Positions 37,859-48,697 of a stretch of DNA of 64,000 bases are shown here, in pieces (the first letter of the stretch is position 1; every line of letters begins with the position of its first letter). The stretch lies in NCBI GenBank assembly GCA_963701665.1, contig OY969622.1, positions 704,001-768,000 on the forward strand, given 5' to 3'. A model generated the notes under the pieces. It was not told the origin of the DNA. It did not search any database and saw only the letters and a program-made list of their open reading frames with translations. Source of the stretch: Candidatus Babeliales bacterium. GTDB taxonomy: Bacteria > Babelota > Babeliae > Babelales > JANWKD01. The position numbers and the translations under genes were made by a program.

Positions 37859-38134
37859 TTATAAGGAAGGCATTGCTTGAATAAGATTCTTAATTGCAGC
37901 TTTTGTTTCGTCATGCTCTAGGCAAGTAGCCTGCATTTGTAAAGCGATTTTCAACGCTGCCAAAATAGCAACTTTTTGACTTGGCATATCAGAAGCTTTT
38001 GAAGCAATTTCTTTCATGAGCTGATCAACGTACAAAGCAGCAGTTAAAACACATTCTTCTGATTCGTCACTAACAACGGTATAAGAGTCACCAAAAACAG
38101 TAATAGTGTATTTTTTTACTTCAGGCTTCATCAT
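37859..38134 (-). CDS. zapA: Cell division protein ZapA
   Basis: ITVFG..Y, A.YVD..M, AILAAL.IA; upstream of rny. Confidence 0.85.
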   Translation of the reverse strand: MMKPEVKKYTITVFGDSYTVVSDESEECVLTAALYVDQLMKEIASKASDMPSQKVAILAALKIALQMQATCLEHDETKAAIKNLIQAMPSL

Positions 38135-38355
38135 TTTCGATCGTGATCGCCTATAAGTGAATCAATATTTTTAATCAGATCATCCACAGCACTACGTGTC
38201 AACGCTTTTTCTTCTTCGAAGTTTTCTTTCCCACGAAGCATGGACGTTTCAAGAGCATCAATTTTTTTAAGCAAAGCGGCATTTTCTGCTTGCAACGCTC
38301 TAATCCGCTCTATGAGCTGTGCAATTTTTAACTCTAAAATTTGCAGTGTTTCCAT
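38131..38355 (-). CDS. ZapB-like coiled-coil protein
   Basis: L..LE.KI..LIE.I..L..EN; overlaps zapA. Confidence 0.7.
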   Translation of the reverse strand: METLQILELKIAQLIERIRALQAENAALLKKIDALETSMLRGKENFEEEKALTRSAVDDLIKNIDSLIGDHDRK

Positions 38356-38442
38356 TAACTCTCCTTTTTACCTTAGCTCATGTATAGTTTTTTTTAATGG
38401 CTATACATTAATTCTAAGAAGCTGCACTCGTACTTGTCAAGA

Positions 38443-38790
38443 TTATTTCTTTATTAACGTAACAATACGAGTAAAAGCCATAGGATCATAAATCGCAATT
38501 TGGCTTAACATTTTTCTGTTCAAAGAAATATTAGCCTGCTTTAATCCGTGCATTAATTTATTGTATGACAGTCCATTAAGCTTAGATGCAGCACCAATAC
38601 GAGTAATAAAAAGTGCTCTCATATCACGCTTTTTAAGCTTTCGCCCTTTATAGGCAAATGCCATGGCACGCAACAACGTTTCTTTCGCACGCTTAATGAT
38701 ATTCTTTCTTTGTCCCCAATATCCTTTAGTGCTTTTTAATAAACGTTTATGTCTTCTCTTGGTATTAAGACCTCTTTTAACTCTTGTCAT
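38443..38790 (-). CDS. rplT: 50S ribosomal protein L20
   Basis: MTRVKRG, KGY.G, RK.KKRD.R.L.I.RI, LNRKMLS. Confidence 0.97.
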   Translation of the reverse strand: MTRVKRGLNTKRRHKRLLKSTKGYWGQRKNIIKRAKETLLRAMAFAYKGRKLKKRDMRALFITRIGAASKLNGLSYNKLMHGLKQANISLNRKMLSQIAIYDPMAFTRIVTLIKK

Positions 38791-38828
38791 GTATCAAATC
38801 CTTGTTAATAAACAATAACGTGTTACCG

Positions 38829-39029
38829 TCATTTTACGTACGGTAATAATGGTGCAATAGTGCGATAATCAGCAGCATTAACATATGCTGATTGACGCAT
38901 AGTTCTTTTTTTGCGGGATGATTTTTTTGTTAAAAGGTGGCGTCTGCCAGCTTTTGTAAATTTAATCAAACCGCTTTTTAATTTTTTAAAACGCTTGCTT
39001 GCGCCAGAATGAGTTTTCTTTTTTGGCAT
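38829..39029 (-). CDS. rpmI: 50S ribosomal protein L35
   Basis: MPKKKTHSGASKRF, HLLTKKS. Confidence 0.95.
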   Translation of the reverse strand: MPKKKTHSGASKRFKKLKSGLIKFTKAGRRHLLTKKSSRKKRTMRQSAYVNAADYRTIAPLLPYVK

Positions 39030-39040
39030 AGTAAAATCCT

Positions 39041-39592
39041 CTAACTTTTCCCTGATTTCATATAATAGGTTCTTGACCATAGTTGACCAATTTTTGCATC
39101 TTTTTCCTGCATAAGGTTGGTTAGACCACTGTCTTTTAAGTACGAATCAATTTTTTCAAACAGTTGAGAACCGCGCTCTTCTTTATTCATAATTTCACGG
39201 CCACGAAATGCTACGGTAATCTTCAAATGTTTCCCATCATGAAGAAATTGAACGCCTTGGTTCATTTTTGTTTTGAAATCATGTTCACCAATTTTAGGAC
39301 GAACCTTAATTTCTTTAACTTGTATTGTCTTTTGGTGCTTTTTAGCCTCAGTGAGCTTTTTCTTTTTCGCGTACTGCGCTTTACCAAAATCCATGATTTT
39401 AGTAAGAGGAAACCCATCACTGCCACTTTCAGCGATCAGTACCAAATCAAGACCTGCCAGGTGAGCTTGCCTAAGAGCTTCATCACGCGAAACAACACCA
39501 ATATTCTGACCCTCATGAGTTATCAGTTGAACTTTGGGAAAACGGATATTCTCATTGACGGGATGTATATTTTTTTCTGGTTTTGTACTCAT
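39041..39592 (-). CDS. infC: Translation initiation factor IF-3
   Basis: NENI, GLDLV, KIMDFGK, VKEIKVRP.I.EHD, FRGRE. Confidence 0.96.
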   Translation of the reverse strand: MSTKPEKNIHPVNENIRFPKVQLITHEGQNIGVVSRDEALRQAHLAGLDLVLIAESGSDGFPLTKIMDFGKAQYAKKKKLTEAKKHQKTIQVKEIKVRPKIGEHDFKTKMNQGVQFLHDGKHLKITVAFRGREIMNKEERGSQLFEKIDSYLKDSGLTNLMQEKDAKIGQLWSRTYYMKSGKS

Positions 39593-39614
39593 GGTCAGTT
39601 ATATTAATCCTTTA

Positions 39615-40718
39615 CTAATCTGCCGAGGCAAGGCTCATATCAGCCTCTTGAAATTCAGTTACTTTTGCCTGCTCTGGCATGGCTAAAATCTTTTTTACTT
39701 CAGTTAAAACGGCTTGCGCAAAATCATGCTTTTCTCTTATATAGATAAGCGCTTGTTCTCTTCCTTGAGCAAATTTTTCTCCCTTAAAGGAAAGCCATGA
39801 ACCCGATTGCTGCACTACCCCATAGATAAGTGCCGCATCTAAAAGATCAAGCTCTTTACTAATTCCTTCACTAAAGAGCAAATCTAACTCTACCTTCTTA
39901 AAAGGAGGAGCCATTTTATTTTTTACTACTTTAATAACAACTCTGTTACCAAAATGGTTATCATTCTTTTTTAATGAACCTATTTTTCTTACTTCCAAAC
40001 GAAGTGATGCATAGAACTTTAGTGCGTTACCGCCAGTTGTGGTTTCTTTATTGGCAAAAGGCATAGAGTTCATAGTATGACGAATCTGGTTAATAAAAAT
40101 TAAGACCGTCTTTGATTTATGAACAACGGGTGTTAATTTTCGTAATGCTTGCGACATCAAACGTGCCTGTAGACCCATATGAACATCGCCCATGTCACCT
40201 TCTAATTCTGCTTTTGGTACGAGCGCTGCTACTGAGTCAATGACTATAATGTCAACGGCACCAGAACGAATAAGCATTTCAGCGATATCGAGTGCTTGTT
40301 CACCGTAATCAGGCTGAGAAATGATAAGTTCATCGATATTAATGCCTAAATTAGAGGCATATTTCGGGTCGAGGGCATGTTCGGCATCTATAAACGCGCA
40401 AATCCCACCCTTTTTTTGCGATTGTGCAATTGCTTGCATTGCCAAGGTTGTTTTTCCTGAAGCTTCAGGACCGTATATTTCAACGATGCGCCCACGTGGC
40501 AATCCGCCAATACCAATCGCATGATCAATCAAGATAGAGCCAGTTGAAATTGCATCGATCGTACCATGAGGCGTTTGCCCAAGGAGCATCACGGAACCCT
40601 TACCATACTCTTTATCAATTTGAGAGAAGGTAACCTCTAAAGCTTTTCTTTTTGCGTCTTTTTGCTCATTTTCATGAGTATTAGGCGCTGTTTTATCAAC
40701 TTTTGCTGGTTTAATCAT
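39615..40718 (-). CDS. recA: Recombinase RecA
   Basis: [44 protein letters not shown]. Confidence 0.98.
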   Translation of the reverse strand: MIKPAKVDKTAPNTHENEQKDAKRKALEVTFSQIDKEYGKGSVMLLGQTPHGTIDAISTGSILIDHAIGIGGLPRGRIVEIYGPEASGKTTLAMQAIAQSQKKGGICAFIDAEHALDPKYASNLGINIDELIISQPDYGEQALDIAEMLIRSGAVDIIVIDSVAALVPKAELEGDMGDVHMGLQARLMSQALRKLTPVVHKSKTVLIFINQIRHTMNSMPFANKETTTGGNALKFYASLRLEVRKIGSLKKNDNHFGNRVVIKVVKNKMAPPFKKVELDLLFSEGISKELDLLDAALIYGVVQQSGSWLSFKGEKFAQGREQALIYIREKHDFAQAVLTEVKKILAMPEQAKVTEFQEADMSLASAD

Positions 40719-42690
40719 ATGGTAGATTTTCTTCTTGAGTGTTAAGCGATGGTTCTATAAATTGTAGTGTAGCAGTTCTATATAAAGAAGCAACAAAGCC
40801 ACGTTCAATAAAGGATTTTTCATCGGCGTATAACGCTTGGGTAACCTTACTCTTTTGCGCATCAAATTCAGCTTGTACAAACGGTTCTCTGCTTTCAAAA
40901 TAAATCAGGAAATCCCTCGCATGCCCCCCAGAATTTATTGAAGTACCTTCAAGCTGGGAAAGTGCGAGCATTTCCTCAACGGGAACGCCTTGCTTGATAA
41001 GGTCCTTTATTTTCTCTTTGTCATCTTTTTTTAGGGGGCCATATTGTTTCTCAAGTCCGCCGAGTTTTTTTATCTCATCAAATTTATGCTCGCGCGCCAA
41101 GTTTGCTGCCTGCTTGAGCGTTTCTTCTTGTAGTTCACGCGCTTTTTGTAAAAAATAATCCGAGCGCACTTTTTCCTTAGCCTGTTCAAGCTCTGGCTTA
41201 TGGGCTTTTTCGATCGATTTGAGCTGTAAGGCATACCCTTTATCACCTTCTACAAAAAATGCCCAATCACCAACTTTGAGTTTAAAAAGCTTACTTACAA
41301 TACGCGACTCGTCATTTCTTTCTTGATTATCAAGCGTTTTTGCCACTGCTTTTTTGTCTTGTGCAAAGGTTTTTAATAATTCTTGGGTGGTTGACCGGTT
41401 CATAAACTTGGTCATATCTTCATTAAAGAGAGTTTTAAATTTTTGTAGCCTTAATGTTGCAAGAATATCAGGAGTTACTTCAGTGAGGGTTTTATAGGTA
41501 ACAGGTTTTCTTGCCACACGCTGTAAAATCTCAAAGCCTTGATCAGTTACAACCATATCGGAAATATCACCATCATGTTGTAAGCGGAATGCAGCACGCT
41601 CAAATTCAGGATTTTTTTCACCTTTTTTGAAAAACTCAAGTAATCCACCTTTACTTGCCGATGCTTTATCATCAGAATATTTCTGAGCGAGTGCATCGAA
41701 ATCGCTTGGGTTAGCAGAGAGTTCAGATTTAATCTTTTGAGCTTTTTCTTCGGTTGCTTTCACAGCTTCATTATCGGCAGTGTCAGCAACGCCAATCAAA
41801 ATTCTTTTTACCTGTACTTGTGCAGGCGTTTCAATATATTTTTTTGTTTTTTGTGCTGCATAGTATGCTTCAATTTCACCGGCAGATACTGATACATTGT
41901 AGGTATCTGGAGAAAATTCCCAGTAAAAACCTGATCTTTTTTCTGGCACAAGGTAATTTTTGCTATATTTTTCAAAGAATGCAGCAAGCTGCTCATCAGA
42001 CACTGATCCTTCATGAGCTTTTTTTAAAAACGCATTTAAGGAAAACTCAAAAACACGGAAGCTTTTACCCAAATAATTTTCTATGTAATAATTTTTAATG
42101 GTTGTTGGGGAAAGATACAGTGCGGTTGTAACCATAGAACGCAATACCGATCTTTTTATTGCATCTTCAATTGTTTTTTCAAAATCACTAAGATTGAGTT
42201 TATAACGATGCAAATATTGATTTAACCGTTGGGTATTGATCGTCGTTTTTTGTTCATCAAAAAGATAATACGGTATCACATCACCCAATTCTTTTGAAAA
42301 CCCTGCAGGATTTTGTAAAAGTTGGACAACATAATCAGGCGAAATACGAAGCGGTATAGCCCCAGCAGCCTGATTTAAAAGTTCATCTTGGATAAGAGAC
42401 TGTAAAGCCATACTTCTAGGGTTATTTAATCCTAATTGTTGCAAAAAGTCTTCGGCTTGCGCGCCAAATTGTTCCCTGAAAAAATGTATACGTTCTGTTT
42501 CTTGTGCTACTTTTCTTTCATAAGGTAATGTCTCAATAGGCTCATTATTTACCGTAACAACAGCTGAACGCATACTGCTTTGCCGTCGAAAAAGTGCCGG
42601 AGAAAAGAGAAGCGCCATAGCAAGCAAAGTAATCCAAAGAACTACCTTGAATCCTTGTCCTTTTAATTGATTACGAATTTCAATTATCAT
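40711..42690 (-). CDS. PpiD/SurA-like periplasmic chaperone with parvulin domain
   Basis: N-terminal anchor, PE.R, F..LA.KYSDD..S..KGG.L, EFE.AAF.L. Confidence 0.85.
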   Translation of the reverse strand: MIIEIRNQLKGQGFKVVLWITLLAMALLFSPALFRRQSSMRSAVVTVNNEPIETLPYERKVAQETERIHFFREQFGAQAEDFLQQLGLNNPRSMALQSLIQDELLNQAAGAIPLRISPDYVVQLLQNPAGFSKELGDVIPYYLFDEQKTTINTQRLNQYLHRYKLNLSDFEKTIEDAIKRSVLRSMVTTALYLSPTTIKNYYIENYLGKSFRVFEFSLNAFLKKAHEGSVSDEQLAAFFEKYSKNYLVPEKRSGFYWEFSPDTYNVSVSAGEIEAYYAAQKTKKYIETPAQVQVKRILIGVADTADNEAVKATEEKAQKIKSELSANPSDFDALAQKYSDDKASASKGGLLEFFKKGEKNPEFERAAFRLQHDGDISDMVVTDQGFEILQRVARKPVTYKTLTEVTPDILATLRLQKFKTLFNEDMTKFMNRSTTQELLKTFAQDKKAVAKTLDNQERNDESRIVSKLFKLKVGDWAFFVEGDKGYALQLKSIEKAHKPELEQAKEKVRSDYFLQKARELQEETLKQAANLAREHKFDEIKKLGGLEKQYGPLKKDDKEKIKDLIKQGVPVEEMLALSQLEGTSINSGGHARDFLIYFESREPFVQAEFDAQKSKVTQALYADEKSFIERGFVASLYRTATLQFIEPSLNTQEENLPYD

Positions 42691-43313
42691 GCATTACCTT
42701 TCTTATCCGATCGCAGCGAAATTATTTCAACATTTTTTAATTTTTCAAGATCAGTGATGGTAGTAACCACCGCCATTAAATCATCTTTATTACTATAAGG
42801 AGTAGTTACTGCTTGATACCAATGTCTCGTTTTTCCTTTAGCGGTTTTACCTACACGCTCACGAACTTCGACAGTAATACCACGATTTTGTAACCGATGG
42901 GCAAATTCTGTAACTGCCTTTTTAGTACCACCAAATAACAATGCACGATGCTGCAAACCTTTATCAACAGCAGTGGCAACAACAGCTGGAGCACAAATAG
43001 CTTTATCTGCTTCCACTGTTTGAATTTTTTGATTATCAACTCCTTGTTCTTGCGGCATAGCTTGAGCGAGCGCTTCGTGATCAGGAGAAGCATTAAGCGC
43101 AAAAGAAACATGATCAGCAAAAGCAGTGCGTTCGGTATCCAGCATAGCTTCTTGTGCTAATGACCGCTTACCCATAAAATAACCGGCTGCAAACACAAAA
43201 AATGAAACAAGCAAGAGAACTGCAAGAATCCTGCTAGCCGAATATCTATCAACAATTAAGGTGGCAGGGTCTCCGCAATGACAATTTTTTTCAAAGTTTT
43301 TCACGGTAATCAA
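42687..43313 (-). CDS. Single-TM protein with SPOR-like C-terminal domain
   Basis: FAAGYFMGK TM; C-terminal A..L...G....WYQ..T.PY pattern. Confidence 0.55.
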   Translation of the reverse strand: MITVKNFEKNCHCGDPATLIVDRYSASRILAVLLLVSFFVFAAGYFMGKRSLAQEAMLDTERTAFADHVSFALNASPDHEALAQAMPQEQGVDNQKIQTVEADKAICAPAVVATAVDKGLQHRALLFGGTKKAVTEFAHRLQNRGITVEVRERVGKTAKGKTRHWYQAVTTPYSNKDDLMAVVTTITDLEKLKNVEIISLRSDKKGNA

Positions 43314-44259
43314 CCTTTTTTTGCATAAATGGCATCAAAAATGACAGCTGTTTAATATATAAATCAAGGTCCAATAATGTCAAGTCCACCGTTGAAATCT
43401 GCGGCAACGCTATAGGTGCATCATTTTGATGCATAACAATTTTTTTTACCAACCCACGCCAAAATGTTTCCTGCCGCTTTGCATAGTTGCGTGTTTTTTG
43501 TGCAATAATCTCTGAAAGATGGCCAAGATCTTGATTGCAATCCATAAGATACTGCAAACAATCGTCATACCCTATAATCTTTTTTCCCATAAGGAAATCA
43601 ACCCACGCGGTTCCTTGTAATGCACGCGTTTCATTGAGCAAACCCTCGTTCATCATGAGATCCACGCGTTTATTAATGCGCTCGTATAAATCTTTACGAG
43701 TGCGTGTGCATTGTATAAGCAAATAAGGCGCTAGGGGATTATAGACCGGTTGTTGAGTCGAGGGCAGTTTTCCCGTTTCTTGCCATAAAGAAAGCGCGCG
43801 TTCAATACGATACGTATCATTTTTATGAATCTGAGACGCGCGCACCGGATCAACGCGTGAAAGCAATTCCCACGCATCGCCAGAATAACGCTCGTTTTCT
43901 TGATTCTGCTCCACGTGCCCATGCTCGCGCGGCGGAAATAATAATGATTGGATATAAAAGAAAGAGCCGCCAACAAAAAATGGAATCGCGTTTCGCGCCC
44001 AACATTCTTTAATCAACGAGTGTGCCAAGGTTCTATACTGAATCACCGTCATTGATCGAGGTTCATCAAGAATATCAAACAAATGATGTGGCACGTGTTC
44101 ACGACGCCAATCAGGCTTTGCTGTTCCAATATTCAACGGCGCATAAAATTGTCCAACATCTGCATTAATGATCTCAATAGGCAGATGATCAGCTAATTTT
44201 AATACGAAATCTGTTTTACCAACGCCAGTTGGCCCAGTAATAATCCCAATAAAATTCAT
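43291..44259 (-). CDS. miaA: tRNA dimethylallyltransferase
   Basis: GPTGVGKT, IGTAKP, PHHL.D, RI.RAL, TRNYAKRQ.TF. Confidence 0.95.
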   Translation of the reverse strand: MNFIGIITGPTGVGKTDFVLKLADHLPIEIINADVGQFYAPLNIGTAKPDWRREHVPHHLFDILDEPRSMTVIQYRTLAHSLIKECWARNAIPFFVGGSFFYIQSLLFPPREHGHVEQNQENERYSGDAWELLSRVDPVRASQIHKNDTYRIERALSLWQETGKLPSTQQPVYNPLAPYLLIQCTRTRKDLYERINKRVDLMMNEGLLNETRALQGTAWVDFLMGKKIIGYDDCLQYLMDCNQDLGHLSEIIAQKTRNYAKRQETFWRGLVKKIVMHQNDAPIALPQISTVDLTLLDLDLYIKQLSFLMPFMQKKVDYREKL

Positions 44260-44264
44260 ACATT

Positions 44265-44297
44265 AAAAAATGTGCTGGAAAACAGAGTTTCCAGCAC
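44265..44297 (-). terminator. Terminator-like hairpin between carD and miaA
   Basis: GTGCTGGAAA / TTTCCAGCAC followed by T6 on minus strand. Confidence 0.6.
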
Positions 44298-44328
44298 CGA
44301 CCTTTTTGTTTTTTTTATAAAAAGAATG

Positions 44329-44865
44329 TCACAATGAGTTTTGTCTATTTGAATGAGAACTTTTTTCAACATAGCCAAATACTGAGCGCAAATGCTCAAT
44401 TGCTTTTTGCGGCTCAAGCTTTTTTACAATCGAAATCTCTTCTGCAATTAATGCTTCTGTCTGATGTAAGAGATTCTTCTCTCCAAACGAAAGCTCTTTT
44501 TGTTGCGCTATATGCTTCAAATCACGATATATTTCAGATATTTTTTGCAAATCTCCTGTTCTTAATTTAAGCTGGTACTCTTTATTTTTTTTATTCCAGT
44601 TCGTAGCACTCAGCTCATAAGAATTAATTTTTTTTGCAGGCTCAGCCAACATTTTAACGATATCATTTATCTCATCTTGGGAACTTAACGGTCTGATGCC
44701 AATACTCTCTGTATTTTGTGTCGGAATAAGAATGGTCATTTCTTTGTTAAGAAAGGTAAGTTCATAAAATAACGTGCGATTACCGCCGATGTTTTTTTCA
44801 ACAATTTGGTTTATTTTTGCAACACCATGGCCAGGATAAACAACCTTATCATTTAAGCGAAACAT
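44329..44865 (-). CDS. carD: CarD-family transcriptional regulator
   Basis: F...DKVVYPGHGV, GIRPL, NW.K, LSFGEK.L. Confidence 0.92.
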   Translation of the reverse strand: MFRLNDKVVYPGHGVAKINQIVEKNIGGNRTLFYELTFLNKEMTILIPTQNTESIGIRPLSSQDEINDIVKMLAEPAKKINSYELSATNWNKKNKEYQLKLRTGDLQKISEIYRDLKHIAQQKELSFGEKNLLHQTEALIAEEISIVKKLEPQKAIEHLRSVFGYVEKSSHSNRQNSL

Positions 44866-45251
44866 AGGGAATCCCTCTTTTTTTAAGAAAACTCCCGACT
44901 ACGCTTATATACGCAGCTTTTACCTGTACCGTAACATCATAGCACAAATCTATTTTTTTAGAAACATAATAAAGGAGAATACTCAAGAATTTTGTCAAAA
45001 AATTCTTGCGCAAAAAAAGGGGCGCGCTCTTTCCCTTTTTAAGGAAAAAAGAAGCTATAAAGTATACGTCAACTTTCTAAGAAAGAATTTGCTCTGATGT
45101 TTTTATCACCACTACAAAAAAACAAATAAAAATCTACAGAACTATCATCTTTTCATCTTTATTTTCGTTCTTGCGTATAAGCGCTATTTTTAAACAACTG
45201 GCGTTAATTGGTTCAATTACTAGATTACTCCATTTTTTAGGATAGCACCCT

Positions 45252-45287
45252 ATATAATCACCCTTCTTAATATAATCACCCTTCTTA
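45252..45287. repeat. Perfect 18-bp tandem duplication ATATAATCACCCTTCTTA x2
   Basis: Read directly at 45252-45269 and 45270-45287. Confidence 0.9.
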
Positions 45288-45412
45288 TTTATCTATGTTA
45301 TTAATTACTATTAATTTGCTAAATGGAAGTTAGGCATGTCCGCGCATAGGTATCTAGTAAGTATCTAATAAGTACTCCTCTATAAGTATATAAACATATG
45401 GCATAGAGACAT

Positions 45413-45580
45413 GAGATATGATAGTCGGATACCCCCGGATAACCAACGTAGGTATAAACGGAGTCAAGAGCCCGGCAGCCCGTTAATTCTTCAACGGAAA
45501 GCTGCCGGGCTCGAAGACGGAGTGCCCGGTCCGCGCCCGGGGATTGGCGATAGCTCAATAGCATTTGGCTGATTCATCTC
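45413..45580 (-). ncRNA. Candidate structured rod-like RNA (6S-like architecture, unconfirmed)
   Basis: Perfect 12-bp stem GAGCCCGGCAGC/GCTGCCGGGCTC (45468-45512) nested in outer CCCCGG/CCGGGG stem with asymmetric central bulge; GC-rich island. Confidence 0.4.
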
Positions 45581-45606
45581 GATAAAAGCTCAACAAACAG
45601 AGCGAT

Positions 45607-45637
45607 GTCATCCCGAGGCGTTAGCCGTGGGGATCCA
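45607..45637. repeat. Half copy of the RPE/REP-like element found in lnt
   Basis: GTCATCCCGAGG..CCGTGGGGATCCA resembles reverse complement of 11865-11899 (GTCTTCCCGAGG..ACGTGGGGATCCAG). Confidence 0.7.
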
Positions 45638-45777
45638 AACTTTAATTAATCCTTATAGAACAAAACATGACATAAGGGGAGAATTATGCGACGTAATAGG
45701 CTTGCCCTGCAGTCATCTGGCGCCCCCTCCCCTAAGAAAGTTGAGTCACTTACACTAATATATTCTTACAAAAAAAA

Positions 45778-45808
45778 TTGACATTTCCTCATAAAGAGAT
45801 TATATAAT
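45778..45808 (+). promoter_or_regulatory. Sigma70-like promoter of dnaK
   Basis: TTGACA-17-TATATA(AT). Confidence 0.6.
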
Positions 45809-45864
45809 CTTAAGTGAAAATGCTTTTGAAATCGAACGAATATCAACTTATAAAAGGATATAAA

Positions 45865-47745
45865 ATGGGAAAAATTATAGGAATAGATTTAGGAACAACC
45901 AACTCTGTCGTAGCATTCATGGAAGGCGGAAAGCCTAAAGTAATACCAAGCAGTGAAGGTTCAAATATTATACCATCTGTCGTAGCTTTTACAAAAGACG
46001 GCAAAAGGCTCGTAGGAACCTTGGCAAAACGACAAGCGATAACCAACCCAGAGAATACTATTTACTCAGCAAAGAGATTTATTGGCCGCAAATACGATGA
46101 AATGCGTGATGAGTTCAAGAATATCCCCTACAAAGTAATCAAAAGATCAAATGGCGACATTGGCATCATGGCACAAGGCAAAGAATATACGCCAGAAGAA
46201 ATAGCAGCGTCAGTGCTAAGTCTTATCAAGCAAACGGCTGAAGAATATCTTGGGCAAAAAGTAACAGAAGCGGTAATCACTGTACCTGCTTATTTTAATG
46301 ACTCACAAAGACAAGCAACAAAAGATGCAGGTAGAATTGCTGGCTTGGATGTTAAAAGAATCATCAACGAGCCAACAGCTGCTGCACTCGCCTATGGTGA
46401 AGATAAGAAAAAGAATGGAACGGTGGCCGTATTTGACTTTGGTGGTGGCACCTTTGATATTTCAGTTTTAGAAATTAATGACGGTGTTATTGAAGTTAAA
46501 TCAACCAATGGCGACACACACTTAGGTGGTGATGACATTGATCAACGCCTGATTAACTATCTGGTTGAAGAATTTAAAAAAGAGCAAGGCATCGATTTAA
46601 GAAATGATAAGCTTGCTTTGCAACGACTCAAAGAAGCTGCAGAAAAAGCAAAGATCGAGCTTTCTACCGTAGCAGAAACAGAAATCAATCTTCCTTACAT
46701 TACTGCTGATGCATCAGGCCCAAAACATCTTAATATAAAAATCACACGAGCAAAATTAGAATCACTGTGCTCAGACTTGTTCACACGTTTACTTGAGCCA
46801 TGCAAAAAAGCAATCGCTGATGCAAAAATATCACGCGATGCAATCGACGAAGTAATTTTGGTTGGTGGTTCAACACGTATGCCAAAAGTACAACAATTAG
46901 TAAAAGAATTTTTTGGCAAAGAGCCGAACAAATCAGTTAACCCAGATGAAGTTGTTGCATTAGGTGCGGCAATACAAGGTGGCGTACTCGCAGGCGAAGT
47001 CACCGATGTGCTGCTACTAGACGTTACTCCCCTCTCATTGGGTATTGAAACACTCGGCGGCGTTTCAACAAAATTAATTGAACGCAATACAACGATCCCA
47101 ACAAAAAAATCACAAGTCTTCTCTACCGCTGAAGATAATCAAACAGCAGTGGACATTCGAGTGGTACAAGGCGAACGCGAATTAGCAAAAGATAATAAAT
47201 TCCTTGGTCAATTCAGACTCGATGGAATTCCAACAGCCCCACGCGGCGTACCGCAAATTGAAGTAACTTTTGACATCGATGCAAATGGTATTGTGCATGT
47301 TTCTGCAAAAGACAAAGCAACAAACAAGGAACAAAAAATCACTATCACAAGCAGCAGTGGATTAAGCAAAGAAGAAATCGAAAAGATGGTGCAAGATGCT
47401 AAATCCCATGAAGCGCAAGACAAAAAGACACGCGAAGCAATCGATAAGAAAAACCGTCTTGATGGATTAGTGCTGGATATCGAGAAAACACTCAAAGAAA
47501 ATAAAGAAAAATTGAGTGAAGATGATATCACAAAAACAGAAGATGCTCTTGCAAAAGCTCGTACAGCATTAACAGAACACGCGCAAGATCCTGAAGCATT
47601 GCAAAAAGCAACTGATGATCTTATTCAAGCATCGCACAAAGTAGCCGAACTGCTTTATAAACAAACACAAGAAGCAGGTAAACATCCTGAAGAAAAAGAG
47701 ATTGAGCCTGAAAACCAAGGTCCAATCGATACTGACATCAGCTAA
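45865..47745 (+). CDS. dnaK: Chaperone DnaK (start [12 protein letters not shown] at 45865)
   Basis: [32 protein letters not shown]. Confidence 0.98.
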   Translation: MGKIIGIDLGTTNSVVAFMEGGKPKVIPSSEGSNIIPSVVAFTKDGKRLVGTLAKRQAITNPENTIYSAKRFIGRKYDEMRDEFKNIPYKVIKRSNGDIGIMAQGKEYTPEEIAASVLSLIKQTAEEYLGQKVTEAVITVPAYFNDSQRQATKDAGRIAGLDVKRIINEPTAAALAYGEDKKKNGTVAVFDFGGGTFDISVLEINDGVIEVKSTNGDTHLGGDDIDQRLINYLVEEFKKEQGIDLRNDKLALQRLKEAAEKAKIELSTVAETEINLPYITADASGPKHLNIKITRAKLESLCSDLFTRLLEPCKKAIADAKISRDAIDEVILVGGSTRMPKVQQLVKEFFGKEPNKSVNPDEVVALGAAIQGGVLAGEVTDVLLLDVTPLSLGIETLGGVSTKLIERNTTIPTKKSQVFSTAEDNQTAVDIRVVQGERELAKDNKFLGQFRLDGIPTAPRGVPQIEVTFDIDANGIVHVSAKDKATNKEQKITITSSSGLSKEEIEKMVQDAKSHEAQDKKTREAIDKKNRLDGLVLDIEKTLKENKEKLSEDDITKTEDALAKARTALTEHAQDPEALQKATDDLIQASHKVAELLYKQTQEAGKHPEEKEIEPENQGPIDTDIS

Positions 47746-47874
47746 TTAATAATATGGTAGGGAGAAGAGCAGCAACATTAACCGCTCTCTCCTGCCACAC
47801 CAGCTTTCGCTAAAATTACAGCTCGCGACCAGTTCTTTAAATGAATTTGAACTTTTAAGGTATGGGATAAAATA

Positions 47875-48414
47875 TTGGATAGATTTACATTAATACAAAT
47901 GTTACAGAACTATTTTCCAGTTTCAGAAGAAGAAATCAAATTCAAGAAGGAAATGATTAATTTTATCAAGAAAAATCCTGACTGCTTTGAGAGATCCTTA
48001 GAAATTGGGCATATCACCGCATCATCATGGTTGCTCAACAAAGATCACTCAAGAGCCCTTCTCATGCATCATACAAAATTAGATAAATGGTTCCAGCTTG
48101 GAGGACATTGCGATGGAAATCCTGATGTTTTAGCTGTAGCAATTAAAGAAGCTCAAGAAGAATCTGGTATCAAAGGAATAGCCCCTGTGTATAAAGAAAT
48201 TTTTGATATTGATATTCACCTCATACCCGGAAATACGCGGGAAAAAGAACATTATCATTATGATGTTAGATTTTTATTACAAGTTACCAGTGATGAACAA
48301 ATAGTACAAAATCGTGAATCAAAGGAATTGCGGTGGATAGAGAAAAAATTGACCTCATTACCAACACAGGATCCATCAGTAATTCGCATGTTCAATAAAT
48401 GGATAAATAATTAA
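47875..48414 (+). CDS. NUDIX hydrolase
   Basis: GHITAS, W.QLGGHCDG...AIKEAQEESG, HYDVRF. Confidence 0.88.
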   Translation: MDRFTLIQMLQNYFPVSEEEIKFKKEMINFIKKNPDCFERSLEIGHITASSWLLNKDHSRALLMHHTKLDKWFQLGGHCDGNPDVLAVAIKEAQEESGIKGIAPVYKEIFDIDIHLIPGNTREKEHYHYDVRFLLQVTSDEQIVQNRESKELRWIEKKLTSLPTQDPSVIRMFNKWINN

Positions 48415-48456
48415 CACTTAATATATTTTTAAAATTCTTATGGGGGAATCAATATT

Positions 48457-48576
48457 ATGAATACTAAACAACTTATCTTTTTTTGCTCGTTCATTACTAA
48501 CCCACTATGTGACGCTCACATACAACCGAGTATTTCGAGATTCATAGCCGGTAATGCTTTGATCAGCAAGCTTTAA
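48457..48576 (+). CDS. Possible 39-aa ORF or gene remnant (MNTKQLIFFCSFITNPL...)
   Basis: GGGGA SD-like sequence upstream; lies ahead of OPT transporter. Confidence 0.25.
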   Translation: MNTKQLIFFCSFITNPLCDAHIQPSISRFIAGNALISKL

Positions 48577-48697
48577 ATTCAATTCCTAAACTATCTTTAA
48601 GGCAATTCAATTTTGCGATAGAGAAGTTTTGATACTATGCTATCCTCACAGGATATACAAACTTATTATACAAAACTCGCTGTAATGAGGTACGCAC

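Noticed and set aside
45252..45375. CRISPR array or plasmid iterons
   Set aside because: Only two adjacent copies, no spacers, no cas or rep gene
45319..45564. 81-aa minus-strand ORF in carD/dnaK gap
   Set aside because: No SD or recognisable motif; better explained by GC-rich inverted repeats
45700..45864. CIRCE/HrcA operator before dnaK
   Set aside because: No TTAGCACTC-N9-GAGTGCTAA match found
48457..48576. Fourth member of the leader-peptide family before the OPT transporter
   Set aside because: No cognate codon cluster and no hairpin around the stop codon
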